Shown: positions 20,212-29,925, counted from the stretch's first letter. The stretch: 32,000 nt of DNA from Desulfocapsa sulfexigens DSM 10523 (GCF_000341395.1 NC_020304.1:510001-542000), one strand, 5' to 3'. Numbers and translations are program-made. The notes: generated by a model from the letters alone, not told the origin.

Positions 20212-20958
20212 ATGGCAATGAAACGAAATAACAGGGATTCCCTCTTTGATGTGGAGCAAATCAACGAGGACTTTATCTTCAACGAACGAGTCGCTCAGGT
20301 ATTTGACGACATGCTCGACAGATCCATACCTTTTTACCATGAAGTCATCCTCTCCATTGCCAGAATTTTCCGTTCCAAACTGAAAAATGGGGACAGCATT
20401 GTTGATCTTGGTTGCGCAACCGGAGCGACTCTCCTAAAGCTCAGCACTCTCCTTGAAGATAAAAAATTCAACTACACAGGTATCGACAGCTCTCCGGCCA
20501 TGCTCGACCAGGCAAGGCTCAAGGCCGAACTTTTCTCAAAACAGGAGCAACTGCATTTTGCTCAGGGAGATATTATTGAAGTGGATCAACCGGGCACCTC
20601 AGCCTTTATCCTCAACTACACTCTACAGTTTGTCCGCCCTCTGCACCGACAGAAATTCCTGGAACGGATCCATGCCAATCTCGCCCCGGGGGGAATCTGC
20701 ATTTTAAGTGAGAAAACCATCTCTCACCATCCTGGACTCAATCGCAGCTACATTGACATCTATCATCAATTCAAAAAAGAGCGCGGTTATTCCGAGCTTG
20801 AGATAGCAAAAAAAAGGGAAGCCCTGGAAAACATACTGATTCCATGCTCCAATGAAGAAAACAAAACAATGCTCCAATCCGCTGGTTTTGTAGAGGTTGA
20901 ACCTTTCTTTCAATGGTTCAACTTTGTCTCCTTTCTTGCCATCAAACCAATTTCATAA
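20212..20958 (+). CDS. cmoA: Carboxy-S-adenosyl-L-methionine synthase
   Basis: DSLFDVEQINEDFIFNERVAQVFDDMLDRSIPFYHEVI, IVDLGCATGATLLKLS, AFILNYTLQFVRPLHRQKFLERIHANLAPGGICILSEK. The track start at 20116 is probably too far upstream. Confidence 0.92.
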   Translation: MAMKRNNRDSLFDVEQINEDFIFNERVAQVFDDMLDRSIPFYHEVILSIARIFRSKLKNGDSIVDLGCATGATLLKLSTLLEDKKFNYTGIDSSPAMLDQARLKAELFSKQEQLHFAQGDIIEVDQPGTSAFILNYTLQFVRPLHRQKFLERIHANLAPGGICILSEKTISHHPGLNRSYIDIYHQFKKERGYSELEIAKKREALENILIPCSNEENKTMLQSAGFVEVEPFFQWFNFVSFLAIKPIS

Positions 20959-20968
20959 AGATCTCACC

Positions 20969-21928
20969 ATGGGTTACATCGACCAACTCCCACCGAGTGC
21001 CAAAATCGACAAAATCATCCAGCTCCATAACGAGAAACAAACATGGATAAACCAGGACAAAAAAGGTTTTCTCCGCTACCGACGTCCTTCCGAAGCCCTG
21101 CAGGAGTTTTCCGCAACAACTGTTAACTGCAGTCTCGATGCGGTTAAAATTGGCGCTGAACATGAAATCTCACCACATGACCGGCAAACCATAGAGTCCC
21201 ACCTGCGCACCTTCTGCCCCTGGCGAAAAGGTCCATTTTCAATCTTTGGCATTGATGTTGATTCGGAATGGCAAAGCCAGCGAAAATGGCAACGGGTACT
21301 CCCCAAACTTCCTGACTTGAAGAATAAAGTAGTCGCTGACATTGGCTGCAGCAATGGTTATTACATGTTTCGCATGGTTCCGTACCAGCCAAAACTGGTC
21401 ATCGGCCTGGAACCATCTGTCCAGCATTACTACTGTTTCAAGGGATTAAACGGCATGGCAGGTCAGGCCAACCTGGAAATTGACCTGCTAGGAGTGGAGC
21501 ACCTGCCATTGTTTCCAGAGTGCTTTGATGTGCTGTTTCTTATGGGAGTCATCTATCACCGGAGTTCTCCGGTGGATACCCTGCGCGATGTCTTTTGTGC
21601 ATTAAAAAACGGAGGGACTCTCATTCTTGAATCTCAAGCCATCCCCGGGACAAGCGAAACAGCCCTCTTCCCTGAAAAAACCTATGCAAAGGTACCTGGA
21701 ACCTATTTTGTTCCCACTGGTCATTGCCTCAAGAACTGGCTCCTTCGCGCCGGATTTTCAGACGTTGAGCTCTTCTGCCAGCATCCCATGTCCAGCATGG
21801 AACAACGCCGAACAGAGTGGATGGAATTTGAATCCTACTCCGACTTTATTGACCCTCTGGAACCGGCTAAAACGATAGAAGGCTATCCAGCTCCAGACCG
21901 GGTGTTCCTTAGAGGCTGGAAAAAGTAA
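20969..21928 (+). CDS. cmoB: tRNA U34 carboxymethyltransferase
   Basis: CPWRKGPFSIFGIDVDSEWQSQRKWQRVLPKLPDLKNKVVADIGCSNGYYMFRM, FDVLFLMGVIYHRSSPVDTL, YAKVPGTYFVPTGHCLKNWLLRAGF. ATG at 20969 lies 10 nt after cmoA. Confidence 0.95.
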   Translation: MGYIDQLPPSAKIDKIIQLHNEKQTWINQDKKGFLRYRRPSEALQEFSATTVNCSLDAVKIGAEHEISPHDRQTIESHLRTFCPWRKGPFSIFGIDVDSEWQSQRKWQRVLPKLPDLKNKVVADIGCSNGYYMFRMVPYQPKLVIGLEPSVQHYYCFKGLNGMAGQANLEIDLLGVEHLPLFPECFDVLFLMGVIYHRSSPVDTLRDVFCALKNGGTLILESQAIPGTSETALFPEKTYAKVPGTYFVPTGHCLKNWLLRAGFSDVELFCQHPMSSMEQRRTEWMEFESYSDFIDPLEPAKTIEGYPAPDRVFLRGWKK

Positions 21929-22037
21929 CCAGTTATGCCAGCTTTTCTTGCCTTTGGTTGCAGGTATGGTAAACTCACTGGTAATTGTTTTTTTAGACGT
22001 AATGGTTTCGTAACACCTCATTTGCAGGGAGCAGATA

Positions 22038-22598
22038 ATGGATAAAAAGAAATGTACACTCTACAGTGGTGGCCTTAAGGGTGCCGAGGCAACTTTTGGT
22101 GAATCAGCCGAAAAACACGGCATCAAAGAAATTATATTTACCTTTGAGGGTCACAAACTTAACCGCAACAAAAACTCTGTAACCCTCTCCAAAGAAGAAT
22201 TGGAACGTGGTGACATCTCCATGGAACTGGCATCACGGATGCTCAACCGTACCTACTACGAAACTGAAAAAATTCGCAAAGTCCTGCAGACCATTTTCCA
22301 CATGGTTAACAACGGCCATCAGGTCTTTGTTATCGGATCAATAATGGATGACAATTCTGTAAAAGGTGGAACAGGCTGGGCCGTCGAACTGGCCAAGCTC
22401 TTTAACCGTCCACTCCATGTTTTCGACCAGCCCAAAAAACAGTGGTTCACCTGGAAAGAAGGCGCATGGAAGGAAGACAGTCCCCTCATCGAATACGACA
22501 CCTTTGTCGGATCGGGAACCCGTTACCTGAGTGATGCAGGACGTGAAGCAATCGAAGCCCTGTTCACTGATTCCTGTGCAGCAAAGCAAGAGAAATAA
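22038..22598 (+). CDS. SLOG/Rossmann-like nucleotide-binding protein of unknown function
   Basis: LYSGGLKGAEATFGESAEKHGIKEIIFTFEGHK at the N-terminus (GG.KGAE, similar to DprA/LOG-like Rossmann proteins), followed by HQVFVIGSI...VKGGTGWAVELAKLFNRPLHVFDQ. Confidence 0.7.
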   Translation: MDKKKCTLYSGGLKGAEATFGESAEKHGIKEIIFTFEGHKLNRNKNSVTLSKEELERGDISMELASRMLNRTYYETEKIRKVLQTIFHMVNNGHQVFVIGSIMDDNSVKGGTGWAVELAKLFNRPLHVFDQPKKQWFTWKEGAWKEDSPLIEYDTFVGSGTRYLSDAGREAIEALFTDSCAAKQEK

Positions 22599-22600
22599 CC

Positions 22601-22942
22601 ATGACCACAGACTGTCTTTTTTGTAAAATTGCGGCCGGGCACATCCCTGCTGAGAAACTCTACGAAGACGATGAGCTGCTTGCCTTTCGTGACATTGCCC
22701 CTCAGGCTCCCGTCCATTTCCTGGTGATCCCCAAAAAACATATCCAGGATCCGACAGGGGTTGCAAAGGAGGACGAGGGGCTTATCGGCAGGATGATGCG
22801 AACTGGCTCAAAAGTCGCCAGAGAAAATGGTATTACAGATTTCCGCCTTGTGTTTAACAATGGAGCAGAGGCCGGACAGACCGTCTTCCATATCCATATG
22901 CATGTATTGGGTGGCAGGTCCCTGAACTGGCCTCCAGGATAA
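22601..22942 (+). CDS. HIT-family (HINT-like) hydrolase
   Basis: DCLFCKIAAGHIPAEKLYEDDELLAFRDIAPQAPVHFLVIPKKHI and NNGAEAGQTVFHIHMHVLGGRSLNWPPG (HxHxH). Confidence 0.97.
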   Translation: MTTDCLFCKIAAGHIPAEKLYEDDELLAFRDIAPQAPVHFLVIPKKHIQDPTGVAKEDEGLIGRMMRTGSKVARENGITDFRLVFNNGAEAGQTVFHIHMHVLGGRSLNWPPG

Positions 22943-22960
22943 TCCCCCTGGGGAAGGGGG

Positions 22961-24820
22961 CTACTTAACGTTTCCTTTTTGGGCCTCCAGCTCGTCCCAG
23001 CGCTCATACAGGGCTTCCACATCCATTTTAGCCTGCTCCAGATCTGCCCAGACAGACTCCAGCAACTGTGGGTCTGCCACGGTTTCTGGAGAATCCATAA
23101 TACGCTGTAAACGCTCCTGCTCTTCCTCTCCCTCCATGATTTTCTCTTCTATCCGGTCATATTCCCGCTGATCCATATACGAAAGTTTGCCTGGCTTCTT
23201 TTGCTTTTCTTTTTTTGGAACATCACCGGGAACCTGGTGAGCAGGTGAAGAAGAGCCACTCTTTTCATTTCTCTTGAGATCCGCCAGCCACTGTTCATAA
23301 TCCGCGTAGAAAGCAACAGCACCACTGCCGTCAAAACCGAGCACCTGATCACATACGGAATCCAGAAGAAAACGATCGTGACTCACCAGAACAAGCGCTC
23401 CCGGGAAATCAAGCAAACTCTCCTCCAGAATATCCAGTGACGGAATATCAAGATCATTGGTAGGCTCATCGAGCAGCAGTATATCAGCCGGTTGCCGCAT
23501 AAGTTCTGCAATCAAAATACGCGCCTGTTCTCCACCGGACAACTGCCCAACAGGAGTCTCCAGTTGATCAGCGCGAAAAAGAAAGCGCTGCGCCCAGGAC
23601 ACCACATGATACGAGGACTCCCTGAACATAATCGAATCTCCGTCTGGGGCGAGAGCCTGACGGAGGGTTATCGCAGGATCAATGGTCTCACGTTTCTGGT
23701 CAAAACTGACAATTCGTATTCCTGGTGCCGTACTTACCGTTCCACTATCTGCCTTAAGCCCATCATCTTCTGTGCTTGCAGCTATAATCTTCATCAGTGT
23801 GGACTTTCCACAACCGTTCCTTCCCAGCAGGCCAAGGCGGCTGCCGGGTGAGAGAACCATATCAAGGTTACTGAAGAGAGTCCGTCCATCATAACTTTTA
23901 GCAATCCCTTCAGCCTCAAATAGTTTCTTTGTTTTTCTCCCTGTTGCATCAAAATCTATGCGAACCTGTTTTATGGATCTATTCCTGTTTTTCACCTCTG
24001 TCAGTTGTGCCTGAAGCTTATGAGCCTCGTCAATTCGATAGCGGGCCTTGGTTGCTCGTGCCTTGGGACCACGGCTAAGCCACTCGGCCTCACGTCTCAT
24101 TTTGTTTGCCAGACGGTCTTCCAGTTGCTGCTGCTGCTCGAGAAACTGAACTCTGGCCCGAACAAAATCGGAATACCCGCCATCCACAGCCAGTGCTCCC
24201 TGAGGGTAGACGGCAGAGAGCTCCACAACCCTGTGGGCTACATTTTGGAGAAAGCGCCGATCATGACTAACCAGTATGAACGCATCGGGACTCTTGGGAA
24301 GGGCACCGGACAACATTCTTTCCAGCCAGATTACTCCTTCAATATCAAGATGGTTTGTGGGTTCATCCATGACAAGGATATCGGGCTGCACCACAAAACT
24401 ACGACAAATGGCGAGCCTCTTGCGCCAGCCACCGGAAAGCAGCTCAACCGCTACACTTGAATCGGGAAATTCAGCACGGGAAAGCAGAGCCTGCACCCTG
24501 TTGTAGCGTTCGATCTCATCCAAATCAAGTGAGTCCAGTGCCGCCTCAAGATTTTCTTCAATACTGGCATGCTCCATAAAGACATCTGCTTGAGCAAGAT
24601 AGGCAGTACGTATATTTTTTCGTACCACAACCTTCCCTTCGTCGGGATCCAGCCGGCCGCAGAGTATTTTTAAAAGAGTAGACTTGCCACTTCCATTTGG
24701 TCCGATGAGGCCGACACGGTCACCTTTATGTATAACAAAATCAATATGTTCAAAAAGGCGCTGGGAGCCAAAAGATTTTCCCAGATCCTGACAGGCTAGT
24801 AGATGAGACATAGAATTCAC
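22961..24820 (-). CDS. uup: ABC-F family ATPase, Uup-like
   Basis: Two ABC cassettes: GLIGPNGSGKSTLLKIL...LSGGWRKR...ILVMDEPTNHLD and GLLGRNGCGKSTLMKII...LSGGEQARILIAELM...ILLLDEPTNDLD. Charged C-terminal coiled coil. Confidence 0.93.
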   Translation of the reverse strand: MNSMSHLLACQDLGKSFGSQRLFEHIDFVIHKGDRVGLIGPNGSGKSTLLKILCGRLDPDEGKVVVRKNIRTAYLAQADVFMEHASIEENLEAALDSLDLDEIERYNRVQALLSRAEFPDSSVAVELLSGGWRKRLAICRSFVVQPDILVMDEPTNHLDIEGVIWLERMLSGALPKSPDAFILVSHDRRFLQNVAHRVVELSAVYPQGALAVDGGYSDFVRARVQFLEQQQQLEDRLANKMRREAEWLSRGPKARATKARYRIDEAHKLQAQLTEVKNRNRSIKQVRIDFDATGRKTKKLFEAEGIAKSYDGRTLFSNLDMVLSPGSRLGLLGRNGCGKSTLMKIIAASTEDDGLKADSGTVSTAPGIRIVSFDQKRETIDPAITLRQALAPDGDSIMFRESSYHVVSWAQRFLFRADQLETPVGQLSGGEQARILIAELMRQPADILLLDEPTNDLDIPSLDILEESLLDFPGALVLVSHDRFLLDSVCDQVLGFDGSGAVAFYADYEQWLADLKRNEKSGSSSPAHQVPGDVPKKEKQKKPGKLSYMDQREYDRIEEKIMEGEEEQERLQRIMDSPETVADPQLLESVWADLEQAKMDVEALYERWDELEAQKGNVK

Positions 24821-25003
24821 TCAAAATTGAAAGAAAGTAATGAAAACATGGGCAAATGGACAACCAGTATACCCATTTTTTATTGAAATTTTATCAACCA
24901 CTGACTATAAAGACTGGTGACTGGGAAGAAGCTACTCAAGGGCAACCATAAAGCTGCACGCCTCAGGCTATTCTGCATATACAATAATACCCATCAAATC
25001 GCA

Positions 25004-26002
25004 ATGAGTGACCGCTTACATATTATTATCACGGGTGATGAAGGGAAGGCTCAGAGCTTTCTCTTCTCCAAACGCAGGCTTAAAACCGCCTGCTTTCTGA
25101 CTGCTTCACTTTTTATCACCCTGACTGTTATCAGTTACAATGCCTATCATTTCTTCAACACCAATAAGGCATTGAACAATCAAGTAACCGAGCTCAACAG
25201 AGAACTCCAGAAAAGTAATCGCCTGAAACACAGTCTTGCATTAAAGGTTCAGGATCTTCAGGAACTAAACAGCAATCAGGCGGAAGATTTTCAGCAGGAA
25301 AAGACAACTCTTCTCAATACCGCAGTCTCTGAGCTGGAAGAACGCAGCAGCATGATTGAGCGAATCATGAGCAACATTGGCATTGAAGTAAAGGACGTGG
25401 TAGAAGACAGAAACAACTCAGGTGGTCCCTTTCTCGCACCACGAGATTCTGCAGGGACAGACCTCGTCTACCGTTCCGACCGCTACATGGAAACTATAAA
25501 CTTTCTGCCTCTTGGTCGCCCAATACCAGGTCCTGTCACATCAGCATTTGGTCATCGCACAGATCCGGTAAATGGAAAGAAAGGATACCATTCTGGTGTA
25601 GATATGCGTGGCCGTTATGGTCAGAAAGTCGTTGCCACTGCTGACGGTATTGTCAAAAAAGCCTTCTTCAACGGTAGCTATGGGAAATACGTGGAGATCA
25701 ACCATGGAAACGGCTACACCACCAAGTTTGCACATATGAAAAAGATTCTTGTCAAACGTGGGGACAGGGTAAAACGCGGCCAGGCTATTGGAACCGTAGG
25801 AAACAGTGGCCGCTCCACCGGACCTCACCTTCATTATGAAGTATGCCTTGACAAACAGCCAATCAACCCCAGCAAATTTCTGAAAGTCAACAAGCTCTAC
25901 CAGCCCGTAATTATCTCACAGTTAAATGCCAAAAAAAAACATAACGTCTCACTAACGGCAAAAAACGAACACTCTGCATCTTCTGATACTTCGGAGAACT
26001 AA
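25004..26002 (+). CDS. M23-family (LytM) metallopeptidase with N-terminal TM and coiled coil
   Basis: SAFGHRTDPVNGKKGYHSGVDMRGRYGQKVVATADGIVKKAFFNGSYGKYVEINHGNGYTTKFAHMKKILVKRGDRVKRGQAIGTVGNSGRSTGPHLHYEVCLD. Start at the internal ATG 25004 preferred over the track start at 24917. Confidence 0.95.
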   Translation: MSDRLHIIITGDEGKAQSFLFSKRRLKTACFLTASLFITLTVISYNAYHFFNTNKALNNQVTELNRELQKSNRLKHSLALKVQDLQELNSNQAEDFQQEKTTLLNTAVSELEERSSMIERIMSNIGIEVKDVVEDRNNSGGPFLAPRDSAGTDLVYRSDRYMETINFLPLGRPIPGPVTSAFGHRTDPVNGKKGYHSGVDMRGRYGQKVVATADGIVKKAFFNGSYGKYVEINHGNGYTTKFAHMKKILVKRGDRVKRGQAIGTVGNSGRSTGPHLHYEVCLDKQPINPSKFLKVNKLYQPVIISQLNAKKKHNVSLTAKNEHSASSDTSEN

Positions 26003-26003
26003 G

Positions 26004-26426
26004 GTGGCCCTATTCAACAAAAAAGACAGCTTTGAACAGGAAAGTGAAAAAGCTGACAAAGAAGTTATTTCTTCCATCATTGACTCCCGAATGACCATCA
26101 AGGGGGAGTTAGTGTTTGAGGGCAAAGCCCGAATTGACGGCACCATTGAGGGAAACATCCAAGGTGAGCATCTAATTCTCAGCGAAGGCGGAAAAATCAA
26201 TGGCAACGTAAAGGTCGCAACCTTTGTCTGCCACGGGACGCTCAAGGGAGATGTGAGGGCTAGCATGGTTACAGCTCGTAAAACATGCCAGATTCAAGGA
26301 CTTATCGAGAGCAACAGCCTCAGCGTGGAACCAGGTGCAGGACTCAGCGGAGAAATGAAGGTGGCAAGCAAAGATCTCCATTTGGTGAGCACCGAAACCG
26401 GTGACACCCACTCTGTAAACGGTTGA
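26004..26426 (+). CDS. Bactofilin (polymer-forming cytoskeletal protein)
   Basis: GTG start 2 nt after the M23 stop. VISSIIDSRMTIKGELVFEGKARIDGTIEGNIQGEHLILSEGGKINGNVKVATFVCHGTLKGDVRA, the repetitive beta-helix pattern of bactofilins. Confidence 0.95.
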   Translation: MALFNKKDSFEQESEKADKEVISSIIDSRMTIKGELVFEGKARIDGTIEGNIQGEHLILSEGGKINGNVKVATFVCHGTLKGDVRASMVTARKTCQIQGLIESNSLSVEPGAGLSGEMKVASKDLHLVSTETGDTHSVNG

Positions 26427-26436
26427 AATATTCTCC

Positions 26437-26682
26437 ATGCAGCCAAAGGATCTCCCAAGCCCGGCCAATAGAATAGTTTGTCCTGAATGCGGAAATGATG
26501 AAGAATTCTACGAAGTCGCAGAAAATGCGATCATCACCACACTCTACATCCAAAATAGTGACGGAAGCTTCACTCCTCAGGAAGACACATCTCAAGTACT
26601 TGGGAACATAAGACTTATCTGCGGGCAGTGCAACGAAGACCTCACAATGTTCCATCAACGTTTCTCGGAAATGCTCTTTTGA
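26437..26682 (+). CDS. Small zinc-ribbon-like protein
   Basis: 81 aa with two Cys pairs: VCPECGNDEEFY and LICGQCNEDL. Confidence 0.75.
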   Translation: MQPKDLPSPANRIVCPECGNDEEFYEVAENAIITTLYIQNSDGSFTPQEDTSQVLGNIRLICGQCNEDLTMFHQRFSEMLF

Positions 26683-27452
26683 CCAGACACCCCCGTGTTA
26701 TCACCAGCAATCGGGAGTTCCCCGAACGCCTCCATACCCTTTCAGGCGGTGATATCATTGCCTGTCGACTTCGCCTGAAGTACGCAGAAGAGCACCTGCT
26801 CCTGGACATGCTAGAACGGGGAGTACAGCTCATCCCATCGGCCTCATCACAACTCGCCAGCCGCTCCAAAACATTCCAGGCCCGTTTATTCAGTCATTTC
26901 ATGATACCCCACACTGTTGTCATCTATGACATCCATGGGCTTCTCGCTACTGTCTCCCTTTACGGTCGACATTCAATCGGAAAGGTTATCCTGAAACACG
27001 ATCGTAAAAATGCAGGCCTTGGAATCCACCTCTTTCAGGATATCGAGGACGTGTACACCCAGGCAGCGAATAATGTTCTCCCCTATCCATTTGTCCTTCA
27101 GCCTTTTGTTAATAACAGTAGGGACATACGGGTCATCATCCTGAAAGACTACATCGAGGCATATGAACGTAGTAATCCTGATAGCTTTCGTAACAATCTC
27201 CATTGTGGTGGCCAAGCCGCGAGCGTTTCATTAACAAAACACCAGCTCGCCCTATGTCGAAATGTCATGGAACGTGGTTCGTTCCCATACGCACACCTCG
27301 ACCTGATGATCACTGAGAATTCTGAAACATACCTTGCGGAAATCAATTTACGAGGCGGAATAAGAGGTGCTGCCATCGACCCCGGCAGCTATCAAGAGAA
27401 GGTCAAAGCAATAGAAGAGACACTCCTTCAGGACAAATTATCCCCCACCTGA
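26679..27452 (+). CDS. RimK-like ATP-grasp protein
   Basis: LLDMLERGVQLIPSASSQLASRSKTFQARLF, ATVSLYGRHSIGKVILKHDRKNAGLGIHLF, DIRVIILKDYIEAYER, HLDLMITENSETYLAEINLRGGIRGAAID. A TTG start at 26679 overlaps the previous stop. The track start at 26628 is an alternative. Confidence 0.85.
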   Translation: MTRHPRVITSNREFPERLHTLSGGDIIACRLRLKYAEEHLLLDMLERGVQLIPSASSQLASRSKTFQARLFSHFMIPHTVVIYDIHGLLATVSLYGRHSIGKVILKHDRKNAGLGIHLFQDIEDVYTQAANNVLPYPFVLQPFVNNSRDIRVIILKDYIEAYERSNPDSFRNNLHCGGQAASVSLTKHQLALCRNVMERGSFPYAHLDLMITENSETYLAEINLRGGIRGAAIDPGSYQEKVKAIEETLLQDKLSPT

Positions 27453-27511
27453 AACACTCAGGGGAATAGCTCCAACACACAAGAGCTACAGGTGACGGTG
27501 CCAGTAGGCAC

Positions 27512-27555
27512 AAAAAAAAGCCGTTATCCCTGTTTCAAGGATAACGGCTTTTTTT
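27512..27555. terminator. Bidirectional rho-independent terminator shared by the ATP-grasp gene (+) and dsrC (-)
   Basis: aaaaaaaagccgttatcc ... ggataacggctttttttt. GC-rich stem with an A run on one side and a T run on the other, between convergent genes. Confidence 0.92.
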
Positions 27556-27583
27556 GACTACTGAAACCTTACTCAGTTAGTAA

Positions 27584-27904
27584 TTATACACAACCGGTAG
27601 GTTTAGGAAGACCAGCCATTTTACAGGCACCTTTACCAGGTCCTGATGGGAACAGCTCGTAAATTCTCTTAAGAGGAAAACCGGTAGTCTTGGAGAGAAT
27701 ACGTACCATTGGAGCAATACCGTTTTTCTTGTAGTACTCACGAAGAGCGTCGATTACTTTATGGTGCTCATCGGTAAGCTCTGCAATACCTTCAACACCT
27801 TTTACGTAATCAATCCAATCATCGTTCATGTCATCCATACCATTAAGCAGGAATCCATCTTCATCACAGTTGTAGCTGTTTCCGTTGTGTTCTATTGTAG
27901 GCAT
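27584..27904 (-). CDS. dsrC: DsrC, sulfur-carrier protein of dissimilatory sulfite reduction
   Basis: 106 aa, MPTIEHNGNSYNCDEDGFLLN...EHHKVIDALREYYKKNGIAPMVRILSK...LKRIYELFPSGPGKGACKMAGLPKPTGCV. It has both C-terminal cysteines, penultimate Cys plus one 11 residues upstream. Confidence 0.95.
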   Translation of the reverse strand: MPTIEHNGNSYNCDEDGFLLNGMDDMNDDWIDYVKGVEGIAELTDEHHKVIDALREYYKKNGIAPMVRILSKTTGFPLKRIYELFPSGPGKGACKMAGLPKPTGCV

Positions 27905-28389
27905 CTTAATCCTCCGTAAAAATATTGTTTGTGGCTTTCACCGTTTCTGTTTCTGAAGTAATGACAGCCTAATTACTATAGACAGGCTACTTTGTCAAGT
28001 GAATGAGTAATCATTTTCTAACACAGGAAACATCCTTATCCCTGCATGAAACTGTACTTATTTATCAGGCTGCTCAGGACACATAATAAAATGATGATAT
28101 TTATTCAAGGAAATTACCAGATACACTCTGCCAGGCATTTTAGTAAAAATGGTATCATGTTTAATAACAATAAAAAGCAAGGCGCTCAAACAAAACACAA
28201 AACTGGCCACAAACAGCCTTAACACCGTTTTTCCTTGCACTGCACCCCCATAAAAGGTAAATTTTTGCAACTAAGACAACTGCATTCTTTAATCCGTTCA
28301 GCCTGATTATTTGGGAGTATTTTTCCTCTACGATCTTTTTACTGCTCACTAAAGAACACTCACTAACGATTCACCAAAGAGAACTTAAT

Positions 28390-29868
28390 ATGCTTCAGAT
28401 TTTTCGGGATAAATCACAGTCTGTTTTTATTCAGGCCATCGTTCTGGTTATCGCTCTTGTTTTTATTTTCTGGGGAGTTGGAGCCAACATGATGGACAGC
28501 CGGGAAGCTGCCATTGTTGTTAACAATCAGGAAATCAGTTTCCAGGAGTACCAGAGCACATACGATAAACTCCTCTCCAGCTATCGCCAGCAATTTGGTG
28601 GCTCTGTTCCGGAAGAACTTCTGCAAAGCCTGGGCTTGAACGAACAGGTTAAAAGTCAGCTCATCCAGCAGGCACTCCTTCGACAGGGAGCTGAAGCGAT
28701 GGGCATACTAGTTTCTGCCCCTGAAGTACAAACGCACATCCAGGAGATGGCTCAATTCCAGGTGAATGATTCTTTTAATATGGAGAAATACAAGTCCCTT
28801 TTAGCCTCTAACCGACTCACTCCTCACCAGTTTGAAACATCGCAGCGCGTTGATATGCTCTCTGCCAAAGGAGTTCAGGCGATTGGATCTTTCGCCACAA
28901 CCGTCACCGATGCGGAAATCAACGATCTATTCCAGCAGGCAAAAGAAAGCGTCACTCTCAACTTTATCAAGATCAGCCCTTCTGACTTCATCGATAATGT
29001 GGTCATTGAAGACGATGCCCTCGCAGAATGGTTTGCCCAGAATAAAGAAAATTACAAAACCGACCCCTTGATAAAACTGAAGTTTCTCTCTTTTCAATAC
29101 GATGCTGATTCTGAGAAAAATGAAGATGCCAGCAATACCCGAGCTGCTGTTTTTCAAAGGGCAAATGATGCCTATGAAGGAATTATTTCCGCGGGAAGCC
29201 TTCAGGAGTATGCAAATATCCACCCAGAGGTCGATATCCAGGAAACTGATTTTTTCTCACACCTGACACCTCCGGCTACCCTGGACAATTCCCCTGTGGT
29301 TCAGGAAAAGGTGTTCTCCCTGAAAACCGGAGAGCTCAGCTCACTCATCGAATCTCCCAGTGGATATTCTATTCTCTACGCAGAAGCCATCCAGGCCCCT
29401 GAAATCCCATCGCTTGAAACCGTAAAAAATCAAGTCATCAATGATTACAGGGAAGCTCAGGCAAAGATTCTCGCCCGTAACAAGAGCGAAGAGCTCCTCA
29501 AAGCCCTGCAGGAAGGTGGCCAATTACCCGAGCTTGGCAAGGCCAATAACCTCGAAAGTAAGGAAGTCAGCCTGTCCCGCAGCTCCACCGCTTCCGACAC
29601 TAAAGAGTTCCCACCGAACCTTCTTATGGATGTTTTCTCATTGAACAGCAGCAAACCTCTACCAGAGAAACCTGCAACGGTTGGTGAAGATCTCTACCTC
29701 TATCAGTTTACAGGACGGACGCTGCCTGACCCCACCACACTGACAGCAGAAGAGGAGGAGCGATTCAGGGCACAGCTTCTTAATGCCAAACAGGAACGCA
29801 TCCTCATCGCCTGGATTCGCAATCAGGAAGGGACCGCCGATATTTTCACCAATAGAAATATCCAATAA
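28390..29868 (+). CDS. PpiD/SurA-like membrane-anchored peptidyl-prolyl isomerase/chaperone
   Basis: MLQIFRDKSQSVFIQAIVLVIALVFIFWGVGANMMDSREAAIVVNNQEISFQEYQSTYDKLLSSYRQQFGG, a PpiD-like N-terminus, with a degenerate parvulin-type domain in the C-terminal half. Confidence 0.88.
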   Translation: MLQIFRDKSQSVFIQAIVLVIALVFIFWGVGANMMDSREAAIVVNNQEISFQEYQSTYDKLLSSYRQQFGGSVPEELLQSLGLNEQVKSQLIQQALLRQGAEAMGILVSAPEVQTHIQEMAQFQVNDSFNMEKYKSLLASNRLTPHQFETSQRVDMLSAKGVQAIGSFATTVTDAEINDLFQQAKESVTLNFIKISPSDFIDNVVIEDDALAEWFAQNKENYKTDPLIKLKFLSFQYDADSEKNEDASNTRAAVFQRANDAYEGIISAGSLQEYANIHPEVDIQETDFFSHLTPPATLDNSPVVQEKVFSLKTGELSSLIESPSGYSILYAEAIQAPEIPSLETVKNQVINDYREAQAKILARNKSEELLKALQEGGQLPELGKANNLESKEVSLSRSSTASDTKEFPPNLLMDVFSLNSSKPLPEKPATVGEDLYLYQFTGRTLPDPTTLTAEEEERFRAQLLNAKQERILIAWIRNQEGTADIFTNRNIQ

Positions 29869-29925
29869 CAGCCGACCAGGACTGCATTGCCTCATTTTCT
29901 TCCGTTTTATACCCAGGATCTCAGG

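Noticed and set aside
22338-22766. 142-aa - strand ORF opposite the SLOG-like and HIT genes
   Set aside because: Shadow ORF spanning two confident + strand genes, with implausible composition (Cys/Gly/Ser-rich with no domain pattern).
23492-24460. + strand ORFs antisense to uup (119 aa, 151 aa)
   Set aside because: The - strand has unambiguous tandem ABC motifs, so these are antisense by-products.
28058-28270. 70-aa - strand ORF with one hydrophobic stretch upstream of dsrC
   Set aside because: Starts at TTG without a Shine-Dalgarno sequence and has no conserved-looking pattern. It may be chance.
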